Shown here: piece by piece, positions 55,200-64,000 of the stretch
Layout of the letters: every line of letters starts with the position of its first letter
Numbering within the stretch: the stretch's first letter is position 1
Source of the DNA: Bacteroidales bacterium
Lineage (GTDB): Bacteria; Bacteroidota; Bacteroidia; Bacteroidales; Marinifilaceae
Assembly: GCA_015061245.1 (NCBI GenBank)
Contig: SUWY01000010.1
Location: 1,301-65,300 of the forward strand
Direction: 5' to 3'
Length of the DNA stretch: 64,000 bases
Made by a program: the position numbers and the translations under genes
Notes under the pieces: model-generated
The model's input: only the letters and a program-made list of their open reading frames with translations
The model's database searches: none
Told to the model about the DNA's origin: nothing

Positions 55200-56651
55200 G
55201 TGGATTTGAATTGGAGTTTTTGGGTCGCTTTGGCCCTATTGGTTGCCTACATCATATTGTTGTTGGGCGAGATTAGCCGATTGATATTGGAGAACAGAAA
55301 TCCGGTACGCACATTGGCGTGGATTGTTGTGCTCATAACTCTCCCTTTTATAGGTATTTTCCTCTTTTATCATTTGGGTTTGGATTACCGTAAGAAGAAG
55401 ATTTTCAATCTGAAGAGTATGTATGATATGCGTTGGTTGCAATATATGAGCGAGGATCAACGTGAACTTCTTAAGAAACAGAAGATATTGAAAGGGAGAC
55501 GAATGGCTACCGAACGTAAACTGATGACACTTCTTTTGAATAACAACAAGGCTCTTTTGACTCTTAATAACCGAATGGAGGTATACAATAATGGAGTTGA
55601 TTCCTTTATGTCTATCTTTAAGGCTATTAGCAGTGCTCGAAATTTTATCCATCTGGAGTTCTATATTGTTGAGGAGGGAGAGTTGGCAAGTCGACTTCAT
55701 TCACTACTTCTTGCTAAGTTGCGCGAGGGGGTTGAGGTGCGCTTTATTTATGATGATGTAGGTTCGTGGAGTCTGTCTCAGAACTATGTTGAAACTCTGA
55801 AAAAGGCAGGGGCAGAGATATACCCATTTTTGCCATTGATGATTCATAGAAAGAAGGCAAATTACAGAAATCATAGAAAGATTGTGGTTGTTGACGGCGA
55901 GATGGCCTTTATGGGAGGAGTGAATGTTGCTGATAGGTATGTTGCTGGTTCGAATATCGGTTTGTGGCGCGATACATTGATTAGAGTTGAGGGTGAGGCT
56001 GTGACCTCGCTCCAAATTATTTTTCTGATAGATTGGTTATTTGTAAGTGGAGAGATGCTGATTAACAGAGATTTTTATATGCCTTTACCCCAAACTTCCG
56101 GAGATTCAATGGCTCAAGTTATTGCTTCTGGACCGGATAGTGATTGGGATTCAATACATCAGGCATACGTTGCATTGGTAAATATGGCAGAGGAGTATGT
56201 ATATATATCAACTCCATATTTTATGCCTGGCGATGTTATGCTTAATGCTTTAAAGAGTGCGGCTATGAGTGGAGTTGATGTGATGTTGATGTTGCCGGCT
56301 AAGAGTGATACTTTTATAACGTATTGGTGCTCAAGATCATTTGTTGAGGAGCTTTTGAATGCGCATGTAAAGGTGTTCTTTTTTAAGCCTGGAATTAACC
56401 ATAGTAAGGTAATCTCTGTTGATGGGAAGCTTGCTGCAGTGGGAAGTGCCAATATGGATTTAAGGAGCCTGGAGCAAAATTTTGAGGTAAGTATGATTAT
56501 CTATGATAAGCAGGTTGTTCAGGTGATTGAACAGGATTTTATAGATGATTTGACTTTGTGTAGCGAGATTTCGCTTGAAAAATGGAGTAGTAGAAAACGA
56601 ATGGATCAGGTAAAGGAGTCGTTCTGTCGTCTCTTTACCCCAATTTTATAA
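55200..56651 (+). CDS. cls: Cardiolipin synthase (two HKD motifs)
   Basis: 483 aa. Two N-terminal TM segments; HKD motifs NHRKIVVVDG and NHSKVISVDG. GTG start, because the nearest upstream ATG (55172) hits a stop after two codons. Confidence 0.9.
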   Translation: MDLNWSFWVALALLVAYIILLLGEISRLILENRNPVRTLAWIVVLITLPFIGIFLFYHLGLDYRKKKIFNLKSMYDMRWLQYMSEDQRELLKKQKILKGRRMATERKLMTLLLNNNKALLTLNNRMEVYNNGVDSFMSIFKAISSARNFIHLEFYIVEEGELASRLHSLLLAKLREGVEVRFIYDDVGSWSLSQNYVETLKKAGAEIYPFLPLMIHRKKANYRNHRKIVVVDGEMAFMGGVNVADRYVAGSNIGLWRDTLIRVEGEAVTSLQIIFLIDWLFVSGEMLINRDFYMPLPQTSGDSMAQVIASGPDSDWDSIHQAYVALVNMAEEYVYISTPYFMPGDVMLNALKSAAMSGVDVMLMLPAKSDTFITYWCSRSFVEELLNAHVKVFFFKPGINHSKVISVDGKLAAVGSANMDLRSLEQNFEVSMIIYDKQVVQVIEQDFIDDLTLCSEISLEKWSSRKRMDQVKESFCRLFTPIL

Positions 56652-56658
56652 TTGAGTT

Positions 56659-59115
56659 ATGTATTCAAAAGAGAAGATATCGAAAGAGTTGAATTGCTCA
56701 CCTCTAGTAGATGGCGATGATTTTTTAATGGGTAGTGTGTCGCTCGATAGCAGAACAGTTACAAATCCCTCGAAAACACTCTTTTTTGCAGTTGGAGGTA
56801 GCAATCATAATGGGCATGATTTTATACCCAAGCTATATAAGATTGGATGTAGAGCATTTGTTGTTGAGGAGTGGCGCGATGAGTTTGCTACAATGACGGG
56901 GGCAAATTTCTGGAGAGTTGCCTCTTCTGTTAAGGCGTTGCAATTGTTAGCCTCTTCATACAGAAGAGAGTTATCAATGAAGATTGTTGCTGTGGCCGGT
57001 AGTAATGGTAAGACAATCGTAAAGGAGTGGTTATATCAGATTTTGTCAGGTAGTGTTGATGTTTTCCGTAGCCCTCGTAGTTATAACTCTCAAATAGGAG
57101 TGCCACTCTCAGTTTTGGCTATACCGGAATCGGCAGATGTGGCTGTAATTGAGGCGGGAATCTCTTTGCCGGGAGAGATGTTCAATTTAAAGCGGATAAT
57201 AGAACCCCGGTATGGAATCTTTACCAATATTGGCGATGCTCATGGTGAGAACTTTGCCAATCAGGATGAGAAATTGAAGGAGAAACTTTCACTCTTTGTT
57301 GATTGTGACTCTTTGGTTTGTAAAAGTGGTGTGATACTTCCAGATTTTTTGAAATCGCAACTGCCGAATGTGAAGTTGATGATGTGGGGGTATGATGAGA
57401 GTTGCGATATTCAGATCCTTAACCTCGAGCGTAAATCTGCGAGAACTTTGGTTGAGTTGAAATATGCCGGTAGCGTGGAGAGATTGTCAATGCCGTTTAT
57501 TGATGAGGCCTCGTTCGAAAACTGCATGAATGTAGTTACAATGCTTTGCAAATTGGGTATTCCTTTTGAGACTATTGCTGAAGGGGTGAAGAGTTTGCAG
57601 CCAGTGGCAATGCGTATGGAGATAAAGCAGGGGGTTGGAAACTCGTTGCTGATACAGGATTATTATAACTCAGATCCGGAATCTTTCAAGATGGCTCTTC
57701 AGAGTATGCAGTTGCATGGAGCAAATAGAAGGCGAGTGGTGGTACTTTCAGATTTTGTGGGAATATCACGGAATGGACTGCGTCTATATGGAAAGGTTGC
57801 CAACCAGCTGGTGAGCAGTGGAGTTTCACTTTTTATTGGAATTGGTAAGGAGTTGTCTTCACATAGAGCACTGTTTCATGGAATGGAGTGTCGATTTTAT
57901 GAGAGTACAGATGAGTTTTTGAAGGTAGAGAGTACCGAGTGTTTCAATAATTCTGTCGTTCTTTTGAAAGGAGCAAGAAAATACAGATTCGAGTATATAG
58001 CAGCTAAATTACAGCAACAGGCTCATAAGACTGTATTGGAGGTGGATTTGGATGCAATGAGAAGAAATTTGAATCACTTCCGCTCTTTGGTTCCTGCATC
58101 GACAAAGTTCGCAGTAATGGTTAAGGCATTCACTTATGGGTGTGGAGGAGCAGAGATTGCGTCAATGTTACAATATCAAGGTGTTGATTATTTGATGGTT
58201 GCTTTTGCTGACGAGGGTATAGAGTTGCGCTCGGCCGGAATATCTACTCATATAGGTGTAATGAATCCAGAGTCAGAAACATTCGATAAGATGGTTGAGT
58301 TCAATCTGGAGCCGGAGATATTTTCTTTGGATATGTTGCGCGAGTTTGATAGCGTGGCTCAACGTCATGGGGCGCAAAACTATCCAATTCATATCAAGTT
58401 GAATAGTGGAATGAACCGTTCCGGCTTTGATAGAGAGGAGTTGGATGAACTTTTGCAATTCTTCAATACAAAACGAGCAGTTAAGATTGCTTCTATATTC
58501 AGCCATTTGGCAGGTGCAGATGAAGCGTGTCATGATGCATTTACCTTGGAGCAGATTGAGCGTTTTGACTCGATGAGCAACTTAATTATAGCAAAGTTTG
58601 ACTATAAGATAGTTAGACATATCCTTAACTCTGCAGGTATAGAAAGATTTCCGCAATACCACTACGATATGGTGCGTTTGGGTATAGGAATACATGGAAT
58701 TAGTGCTGCCGGAGCCATTCTGGAGCCTGTGGCAACCTTCAAAACACATATTGCTGCAATTAGAAACGTTAAGTCATCTGAGAGTGTCGGTTATGGCCGT
58801 AAGGGAGAGTTGACCAGAGATTCAAGAGTTGCAGTTATTTTAGTTGGCTATGCAGATGGTTTGGATCGTCACCTCAGTTGTGGAGTTGGGGAGATGTGCG
58901 TGCGAGGTCACAGAGTTCCAATCCTTGGAAATATATGTATGGATGCCTGTATGTTAGATGTTACTGATTTCCCTGATATAGAGGTTGGTGATGAGGTTGA
59001 GATATTTGGAAAATCGATATCCATAGTTGAAATTGCTGATAAATTGAATACTATTCCCTATGAGGTGATTACCGGTATCTCTCGCAGGGTGCGTCGTCTG
59101 TTTTTTAAAGAGTGA
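56659..59115 (+). CDS. murF: Bifunctional UDP-MurNAc-tripeptide--D-Ala-D-Ala ligase (MurF) / alanine racemase (Alr)
   Basis: 818 aa. N-terminal Mur ligase (AVAGSNGKT). The C-terminal roughly 370 aa are an alanine racemase (AVMVKAFTYGCG PLP-lysine motif, VGYGR). Confidence 0.9.
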   Translation: MYSKEKISKELNCSPLVDGDDFLMGSVSLDSRTVTNPSKTLFFAVGGSNHNGHDFIPKLYKIGCRAFVVEEWRDEFATMTGANFWRVASSVKALQLLASSYRRELSMKIVAVAGSNGKTIVKEWLYQILSGSVDVFRSPRSYNSQIGVPLSVLAIPESADVAVIEAGISLPGEMFNLKRIIEPRYGIFTNIGDAHGENFANQDEKLKEKLSLFVDCDSLVCKSGVILPDFLKSQLPNVKLMMWGYDESCDIQILNLERKSARTLVELKYAGSVERLSMPFIDEASFENCMNVVTMLCKLGIPFETIAEGVKSLQPVAMRMEIKQGVGNSLLIQDYYNSDPESFKMALQSMQLHGANRRRVVVLSDFVGISRNGLRLYGKVANQLVSSGVSLFIGIGKELSSHRALFHGMECRFYESTDEFLKVESTECFNNSVVLLKGARKYRFEYIAAKLQQQAHKTVLEVDLDAMRRNLNHFRSLVPASTKFAVMVKAFTYGCGGAEIASMLQYQGVDYLMVAFADEGIELRSAGISTHIGVMNPESETFDKMVEFNLEPEIFSLDMLREFDSVAQRHGAQNYPIHIKLNSGMNRSGFDREELDELLQFFNTKRAVKIASIFSHLAGADEACHDAFTLEQIERFDSMSNLIIAKFDYKIVRHILNSAGIERFPQYHYDMVRLGIGIHGISAAGAILEPVATFKTHIAAIRNVKSSESVGYGRKGELTRDSRVAVILVGYADGLDRHLSCGVGEMCVRGHRVPILGNICMDACMLDVTDFPDIEVGDEVEIFGKSISIVEIADKLNTIPYEVITGISRRVRRLFFKE

Positions 59116-62100
59116 TTATGGAGATTAAGGATATATTGATACCTTTTCAAAAGTGCGATGCTGTAGAGAAGATAGCTTTCGAGTATAGCTCAATGCCAAC
59201 ATTTAAAGGAAGACTTCGTAATGGTGCGGGTTCTCAGGTAGCTATGTTGGTGGCTTCCTCTTTGCGTAAAGTGAATAGTATGCATATTGCTGTGCTTGCT
59301 GATCGCGAGGATGCGGCATACTTTTATAATGATTTATCTCTTTTTTTAGGTAAGGAGGTGCAGTTGCTACCTTCATCATATAGGAGAGTTATAAACTCTG
59401 AGGAGAAGGATACCGATGCCGTACTTGTAAGGACAGAGGTGTTGGATTTGATGCGTCGTGGTAAAATCAAGGTGTTGGTTACGTACCCCGAGGCGTTGGC
59501 CGAGAAAGTTGTTAGTAAAGCAGAGCTTGATAAGAACTCATTGTTGCTGAAAAAGGGAGAGAGTATCGCTATAACCGAGTTGGAGAAGTTTCTTTACGAT
59601 AACCGCTTTGAGAGGTGTGATTTTGTGTATGAGCCAGGGCAATTCTCGGTGCGTGGAGGAATTGTTGATATTTTTTCGTTCTCGGAGGAGCGACCTGTGC
59701 GTATAGATTTTTTTGGCGATGAGATAGATTCTATAAGATTCTTCGATGTTGAAACTCAACTCTCAGATGAGTTGTCGGATCAAATCTCTATTGTGCCTGA
59801 TATGAGTGACGGAGTTGGCTCCTATACTTATACGGATCTTCTTGAGTGGTTGCCGGCAAAGGGGTGTTGGTGGATTCAGAATGGATTGTATATGCACGAC
59901 AGAATAAAGAGTCTGTGTGAAAATGGAGCAAAAGAGTTGTTGACCGATGCAGATACAATAGTTAAATTTCTGACTCGTTCCTTTGTTTTGGAGTGGGGGC
60001 CTGACCTCTTTTTCCGTGGCAAGGATATTGATTTGCGAGGAGAAGTTCAGCCTGTGATAAATAAGAAGTTTGAGATTCTTGCTGACACACTACGCTTGAG
60101 AATGGAGAATGGATATAAAATATATATCTGTTCTACCAATGAGATGCAGATAAACAGAATCAGAGATATATTTAAGGATCTTCATTATGATATTGATTTT
60201 ACTGCAGTAAAAGGAACAATTCATGAGGGTTTTGCTGATAGGGTAGTGAAGTGTTGTTTCTATACAGAGCATCAGATTTTTGATAGATATCATAAGTATC
60301 GTCTGCAAGCCTCGCGCGTACGCAAAGGTCGTGAAACGATCAGTATAAGTGAGTTGCAGAATTTGCATCCGGGAGATTATGTTGTGCACGTCGATCACGG
60401 CATTGGCCGTTTTGGAGGATTGACAAAGATTGATGTTGGAGGTAAGGTTCAAGAGGCAATCCGATTGGTTTATAAGAATAATGCAGAGCTTTTTGTAGGG
60501 CTTCACTCTCTTCATAAAATTGCCAAATATAAGGGTAAAGATGGCGAGACTCCAATTATACACCGCTTGGGTGGTGAGGCATGGAATCGCTTGAAACAAA
60601 AGACAAAGAGTAGAGTTAAAGACATCGCCCGTGAATTAATTGCCCTCTATGCCAAACGAAAGCATGAGCCTGCGTATGCCTACTCGCATGATAGTTATCT
60701 GCAGGATGAAATGGAGGCCTCGTTCATGTATGAAGAGACTCCGGACCAATTGAAGGCTATTGAGGCAGTAAAGCACGATATGGAGCAGGCCCGGGTTATG
60801 GATAGATTGGTATGCGGAGATGTAGGTTTTGGAAAGACCGAGGTTGCAATGCGTGCAGCCTTTAAGGCGGCATGCGATGGTAAGCAGGTGGCCTTGCTTG
60901 TCCCTACTACGGTTTTGGCGTATCAACACTATAACTCATTCAAGAAACGATTAGAGGATTTACCGTGCAGGGTGGAGTATATCAGTCGTATGAGAAAGAG
61001 TGCTGATATAAAGAGAGTTTTGGCAGATTTAAAAGAGGGGAAGGTTGATATTGTAATTGGAACACACCGTTTGACAGGAAAGGATGTGCAATTTAAGGAT
61101 CTCGGTTTGTTGATTATAGATGAGGAGCAGAAGTTTGGAGTGAGTGTCAAGGAGAAGTTGAAAAAAATGAAACTCAATGTTGACACCTTGACAATGACGG
61201 CAACCCCTATTCCAAGAACATTGCAGTTCTCTTTGATGGGAGCGCGCGATATGTCGATTATCAGAACTGCACCACCAAACCGATATCCTATTGTGACAGA
61301 GTTGCACCGTTTTGATGATGATGTAATCCGCGAAGCTATTCAGTATGAGATTTCCAGAAATGGTCAGGTCTTCTTTATTCACAATAGGGTAGATACAATT
61401 TATGAGGTTCAAATCATGCTTCATAGATTATTGCCTAAGGTTAAGAGTGTTGTGGCGCATGGACAGATGCCGGGAGAGCAACTTGAGCAGGTTATGCACG
61501 ACTTTGTCCGTGGAGATTATGATGTGTTGATTGCTACGACAATCATTGAGTCGGGTTTGGATATACCGAATGCAAATACCATTATCATAAATCAGGCGCA
61601 GAATTATGGATTGAGTGATTTGCACCAGCTACGAGGCAGGGTTGGTCGCTCAAACAAAAAGGCTTTCTGTTATCTGTTGACCCCTCCATTGGATATGGTA
61701 AATCCTGATTCTCGAAGAAGATTAAAAGCTATTGAGGATTTTAGTGGCTTGGGCAGTGGTTTTAATATTGCAATGCAGGATCTTGATATCCGTGGAGCAG
61801 GAAATATTTTGGGAGCTGAGCAGAGTGGATTTATAGCAGAAATAGGTTACGAGACCTATCAGAGAATATTGAACGAGGCTATTCGTGAGTTAAGGAGTGA
61901 GGAGTTTCCAGAGATGGAGCAGGTTGAAGATTCTCCAAAGCAGAGCAAGGGGCTTTTTCTTGCAGAGTGCGTAATAGAGACCGATATGGATGTCCATATA
62001 CCTGAGTACTATGTCGAGAATACAAGTGAAAGAATTAAGCTGTATCGTGAACTTGATAATATGCGCGATGAAACGGAGTTGGAGCAGTTCTCGGTAAAGA

Positions 62101-62435
62101 TGGTTGATAGATTTGGACAACTTCCTGAGCCTTTGGTTAATATGATGAATATTGTCAGAGCCAGATGGCTGTGTGCAGAGTTGGGAGTAGAACGTCTATT
62201 GGTGCGTAATGGCAAAATGACGCTCTATTTTGTAGGTGATGCTAAATCTGCATATTATCGTTCTGATGTGTTTGCCAATATAATTCAGTATGTTACAAGG
62301 CAGGAGCGTAGTTGTTCAATTAATCAGAAAGGGGAGAAACTTACCCTTTTGTTTCCCAATATAACGGGCATTGATGTGATGTATGAAAATGTTCAATCGC
62401 TGTATGAGTACAGCACAAAAGAGCGTGTAAGATGA
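59112..62435 (+). CDS. mfd: Transcription-repair coupling factor Mfd
   Basis: 1107 aa. CarD-like RNA-polymerase-interaction domain (GDYVVHVDHGIGRFGG). Helicase motifs GDVGFGKTEV, DEEQKFG, TATPIPRT and QLRGRVGRS. TRG region. Confidence 0.95.
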   Translation: MIMEIKDILIPFQKCDAVEKIAFEYSSMPTFKGRLRNGAGSQVAMLVASSLRKVNSMHIAVLADREDAAYFYNDLSLFLGKEVQLLPSSYRRVINSEEKDTDAVLVRTEVLDLMRRGKIKVLVTYPEALAEKVVSKAELDKNSLLLKKGESIAITELEKFLYDNRFERCDFVYEPGQFSVRGGIVDIFSFSEERPVRIDFFGDEIDSIRFFDVETQLSDELSDQISIVPDMSDGVGSYTYTDLLEWLPAKGCWWIQNGLYMHDRIKSLCENGAKELLTDADTIVKFLTRSFVLEWGPDLFFRGKDIDLRGEVQPVINKKFEILADTLRLRMENGYKIYICSTNEMQINRIRDIFKDLHYDIDFTAVKGTIHEGFADRVVKCCFYTEHQIFDRYHKYRLQASRVRKGRETISISELQNLHPGDYVVHVDHGIGRFGGLTKIDVGGKVQEAIRLVYKNNAELFVGLHSLHKIAKYKGKDGETPIIHRLGGEAWNRLKQKTKSRVKDIARELIALYAKRKHEPAYAYSHDSYLQDEMEASFMYEETPDQLKAIEAVKHDMEQARVMDRLVCGDVGFGKTEVAMRAAFKAACDGKQVALLVPTTVLAYQHYNSFKKRLEDLPCRVEYISRMRKSADIKRVLADLKEGKVDIVIGTHRLTGKDVQFKDLGLLIIDEEQKFGVSVKEKLKKMKLNVDTLTMTATPIPRTLQFSLMGARDMSIIRTAPPNRYPIVTELHRFDDDVIREAIQYEISRNGQVFFIHNRVDTIYEVQIMLHRLLPKVKSVVAHGQMPGEQLEQVMHDFVRGDYDVLIATTIIESGLDIPNANTIIINQAQNYGLSDLHQLRGRVGRSNKKAFCYLLTPPLDMVNPDSRRRLKAIEDFSGLGSGFNIAMQDLDIRGAGNILGAEQSGFIAEIGYETYQRILNEAIRELRSEEFPEMEQVEDSPKQSKGLFLAECVIETDMDVHIPEYYVENTSERIKLYRELDNMRDETELEQFSVKMVDRFGQLPEPLVNMMNIVRARWLCAELGVERLLVRNGKMTLYFVGDAKSAYYRSDVFANIIQYVTRQERSCSINQKGEKLTLLFPNITGIDVMYENVQSLYEYSTKERVR

Positions 62436-63163
62436 ATGTGCTGATTGATGTAGGAAATACGCGAATGAAGTTTGCGGTTTTCAACAATGGAGAGTTAATA
62501 TACAACAATTCCGGGTATTCGGAGTTGTTGAAATGGCTTACTGCAAATGAGCCTTTGTTGGCGGACTCCCACTTGCTTATCTCCGGAAGTGGAAATATAT
62601 ATAGCAAGGGCTTAAATCAGGTTCGTCAAAAGTTTGCCGCATACGTTGATTATACCAGAGCTAACAAGTTGAAAATTCCATTGTGTATGGAGTATGAAAC
62701 TCCTAAAACCTTGGGGGTTGATAGAGTTGCCGATGCGGTTGCAGCGGTTAAACTTTTCCCGGGAAGGGATATTCTGATTGTTGATGCAGGCACTGCAATA
62801 ACAGTCGATTATGTCAATTGTGATGGCTGTTTTATGGGAGGTAACATATCGCCCGGAGTAGAGATGCGATATAAAGCACTTCACGATTATACTGCTAAAT
62901 TGCCGTTGTTGACGGGGAATGAGATGGTGGCCTCGACAATAGGAAGAAATACCGAAGCTGCAATCCATAACGGAGTTGTGTTAGGGGTGGTTCATGAGGT
63001 GCAAGGATACATTGATCAATTTCTGCAAGAGCGCCCCCATGGGGTGGTTATTTTGACAGGAGGAGATGTTGAATTGTTAAATAGTTGTAAATCTCATAGA
63101 ATTGTATTGCTTCCGGCCCTTCAAATGATAGGTTTAGATGCAATTTTAACAAATAATATTTAG
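62432..63163 (+). CDS. coaX: Type III pantothenate kinase
   Basis: 243 aa. Contains LIDVGNTRMKF, GVDR and DAGTAITVD. Confidence 0.9.
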   Translation: MNVLIDVGNTRMKFAVFNNGELIYNNSGYSELLKWLTANEPLLADSHLLISGSGNIYSKGLNQVRQKFAAYVDYTRANKLKIPLCMEYETPKTLGVDRVADAVAAVKLFPGRDILIVDAGTAITVDYVNCDGCFMGGNISPGVEMRYKALHDYTAKLPLLTGNEMVASTIGRNTEAAIHNGVVLGVVHEVQGYIDQFLQERPHGVVILTGGDVELLNSCKSHRIVLLPALQMIGLDAILTNNI

Positions 63164-63182
63164 AGCAGTGAAAAAAAATGTC

Positions 63183-63190
63183 TAACTTTG
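63183..63190 (+). promoter_or_regulatory. -7 box TAACTTTG for the downstream secreted-protein gene
   Basis: Exact TAnnTTTG, 64 nt upstream of the ATG at 63255. Confidence 0.45.
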
Positions 63191-63254
63191 CAAGGCAGTA
63201 TGCAAGGGAAAAATAGATAGGTTTAAATAATAAAACACAAAGAGAGTAATTGGT

Positions 63255-64000
63255 ATGAAAAAGTTAATGGTAGTAGTATGCGCCATGTGCATGATGAGCG
63301 GATCATTGTTTGCACAGAGTGGCACCATTGATTCAAAGTTCGGATTGGATAGTTTGAAAACTCTTCAGATGGCTTCAATCTGTTCTCAGTATGTAAAAAA
63401 CAAGCAGTATGCAGATGCATTGAATTCATGGAGATATTTGTTCTTCAATGCTCCGGCATTCCAGATGCGTACATACATCAATGGAGAGACCATCGTTCGT
63501 GATGCATATAACAGAACGAAAGATGCTAAGTATATTGATACATTGATGATGATCTACGATCAGAGAATTAAATATTTTGGAAAAGATCCAAGATATGGTG
63601 AGGCATATTTGTTGGGAAAGAAGGGTGCTGATTTGTTGAGATATCGTAAGAACAATCGAGAGTCTGTACTTGAGGCATACAACTGTTTCGTTAAGTCATA
63701 CGAAATGACTCAAGGAAAGACCCAACCAAATGTGTTGCGTAACATGTTTAACAGTGCAGGAACATTGTTGAAGATGGAGTCTATGGAGACTTCAGCATAT
63801 GTAGACTTGTATATGAAGTTGACAGACTTTTTGGATAACGCAGTAACAATGGCTAAAGATCCTGCTCCATTCAAGGATGCAAAGGGTGATATTGATGCGA
63901 TGTTTATTGATGCAGGAATTGCAGATTGCGAGATTTTGACAAATGTATTGTCTGCTCGTTACGAGGCAAATCCAACTGATGTTGTTAACTTGAAAGGAAT
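63255..64000 (+). CDS. Secreted helical (TPR-like?) hypothetical protein, N-terminal part only (runs off the window)
   Basis: Manual translation gives MKKLMVVVCAMCMMSGSLFAQSGTIDSKFGLDSLKTLQMASICSQYVKNKQYADALNSWRYLFF..., open to the window end with a signal peptide. Not in the ORF track because it has no stop. Confidence 0.6.
   Translation, partial: MKKLMVVVCAMCMMSGSLFAQSGTIDSKFGLDSLKTLQMASICSQYVKNKQYADALNSWRYLFFNAPAFQMRTYINGETIVRDAYNRTKDAKYIDTLMMIYDQRIKYFGKDPRYGEAYLLGKKGADLLRYRKNNRESVLEAYNCFVKSYEMTQGKTQPNVLRNMFNSAGTLLKMESMETSAYVDLYMKLTDFLDNAVTMAKDPAPFKDAKGDIDAMFIDAGIADCEILTNVLSARYEANPTDVVNLKG

Noticed and set aside
63223-63429. 68-aa minus-strand ORF
   Set aside because: It overlaps the better-supported plus-strand secreted-protein gene starting at 63255, which has a signal peptide and an exact -7 box upstream. 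Its own translation is featureless.

Overview
This looks like a chromosomal segment of a Bacteroidota (Bacteroidales-like) bacterium. The evidence is a SusC/SusD pair, a murF-alr fusion gene, many exact TAnnTTTG -7 promoter boxes, and almost no Shine-Dalgarno sequences. All calls come from reading the sequence and ORF translations; no searches were run.

Layout:
- 1-1.8 kb, minus strand: a partial lipoprotein gene, an unusual nested repeat module, smpB and a membrane protein.
- 1983-23296, plus strand: 19 tightly packed genes. These are the dcw cell-division and cell-wall cluster (mraZ, rsmH, ftsL, ftsI, murE, mraY, murD, ftsW, murG, murC, ftsQ, ftsA), then two divergent ftsZ genes in tandem, then a DEAD-box helicase, engB, xseAB and a PBP4-type dacB.
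- 23.3-36.4 kb: housekeeping genes (recR, recJ, lysS, gpsA, a GNAT-like gene, recQ, kpsF, a DUF5686-like gene, lptB).
- 36.4-47.8 kb: an accessory-looking block. It holds a transmembrane TPR/AraC-type regulator, two paralogous DUF4369-TlpA thiol-disulfide oxidoreductases, and a SusC/SusD/DUF4843-like/PKD-like operon with no carbohydrate-active enzymes.
- 47.9-64 kb: tRNA-Leu(TAG), tig, an HExxH lipoprotein, a GT2 glycosyltransferase, a serine peptidase, recX, prmC, cls, murF-alr, mfd, coaX and a partial secreted protein.

Most noteworthy:
1. The tandem ftsZ pair. Each copy has a different C-terminal tail, and the adjacent FtsA has an altered phosphate-2 loop.
2. A 22-nt box, TATTTTGRCAATTGRCAAATTA. 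It sits at identical spacing upstream of three promoters next to the TPR/AraC regulator.
3. A repeat module at 278-726, made of 7-nt arrays flanking an 87-nt tandem repeat. On the transcribed strand it reads as phased Shine-Dalgarno-like heptads.

No mobile elements, CRISPR arrays, rRNA genes or obvious pseudogenes were seen.
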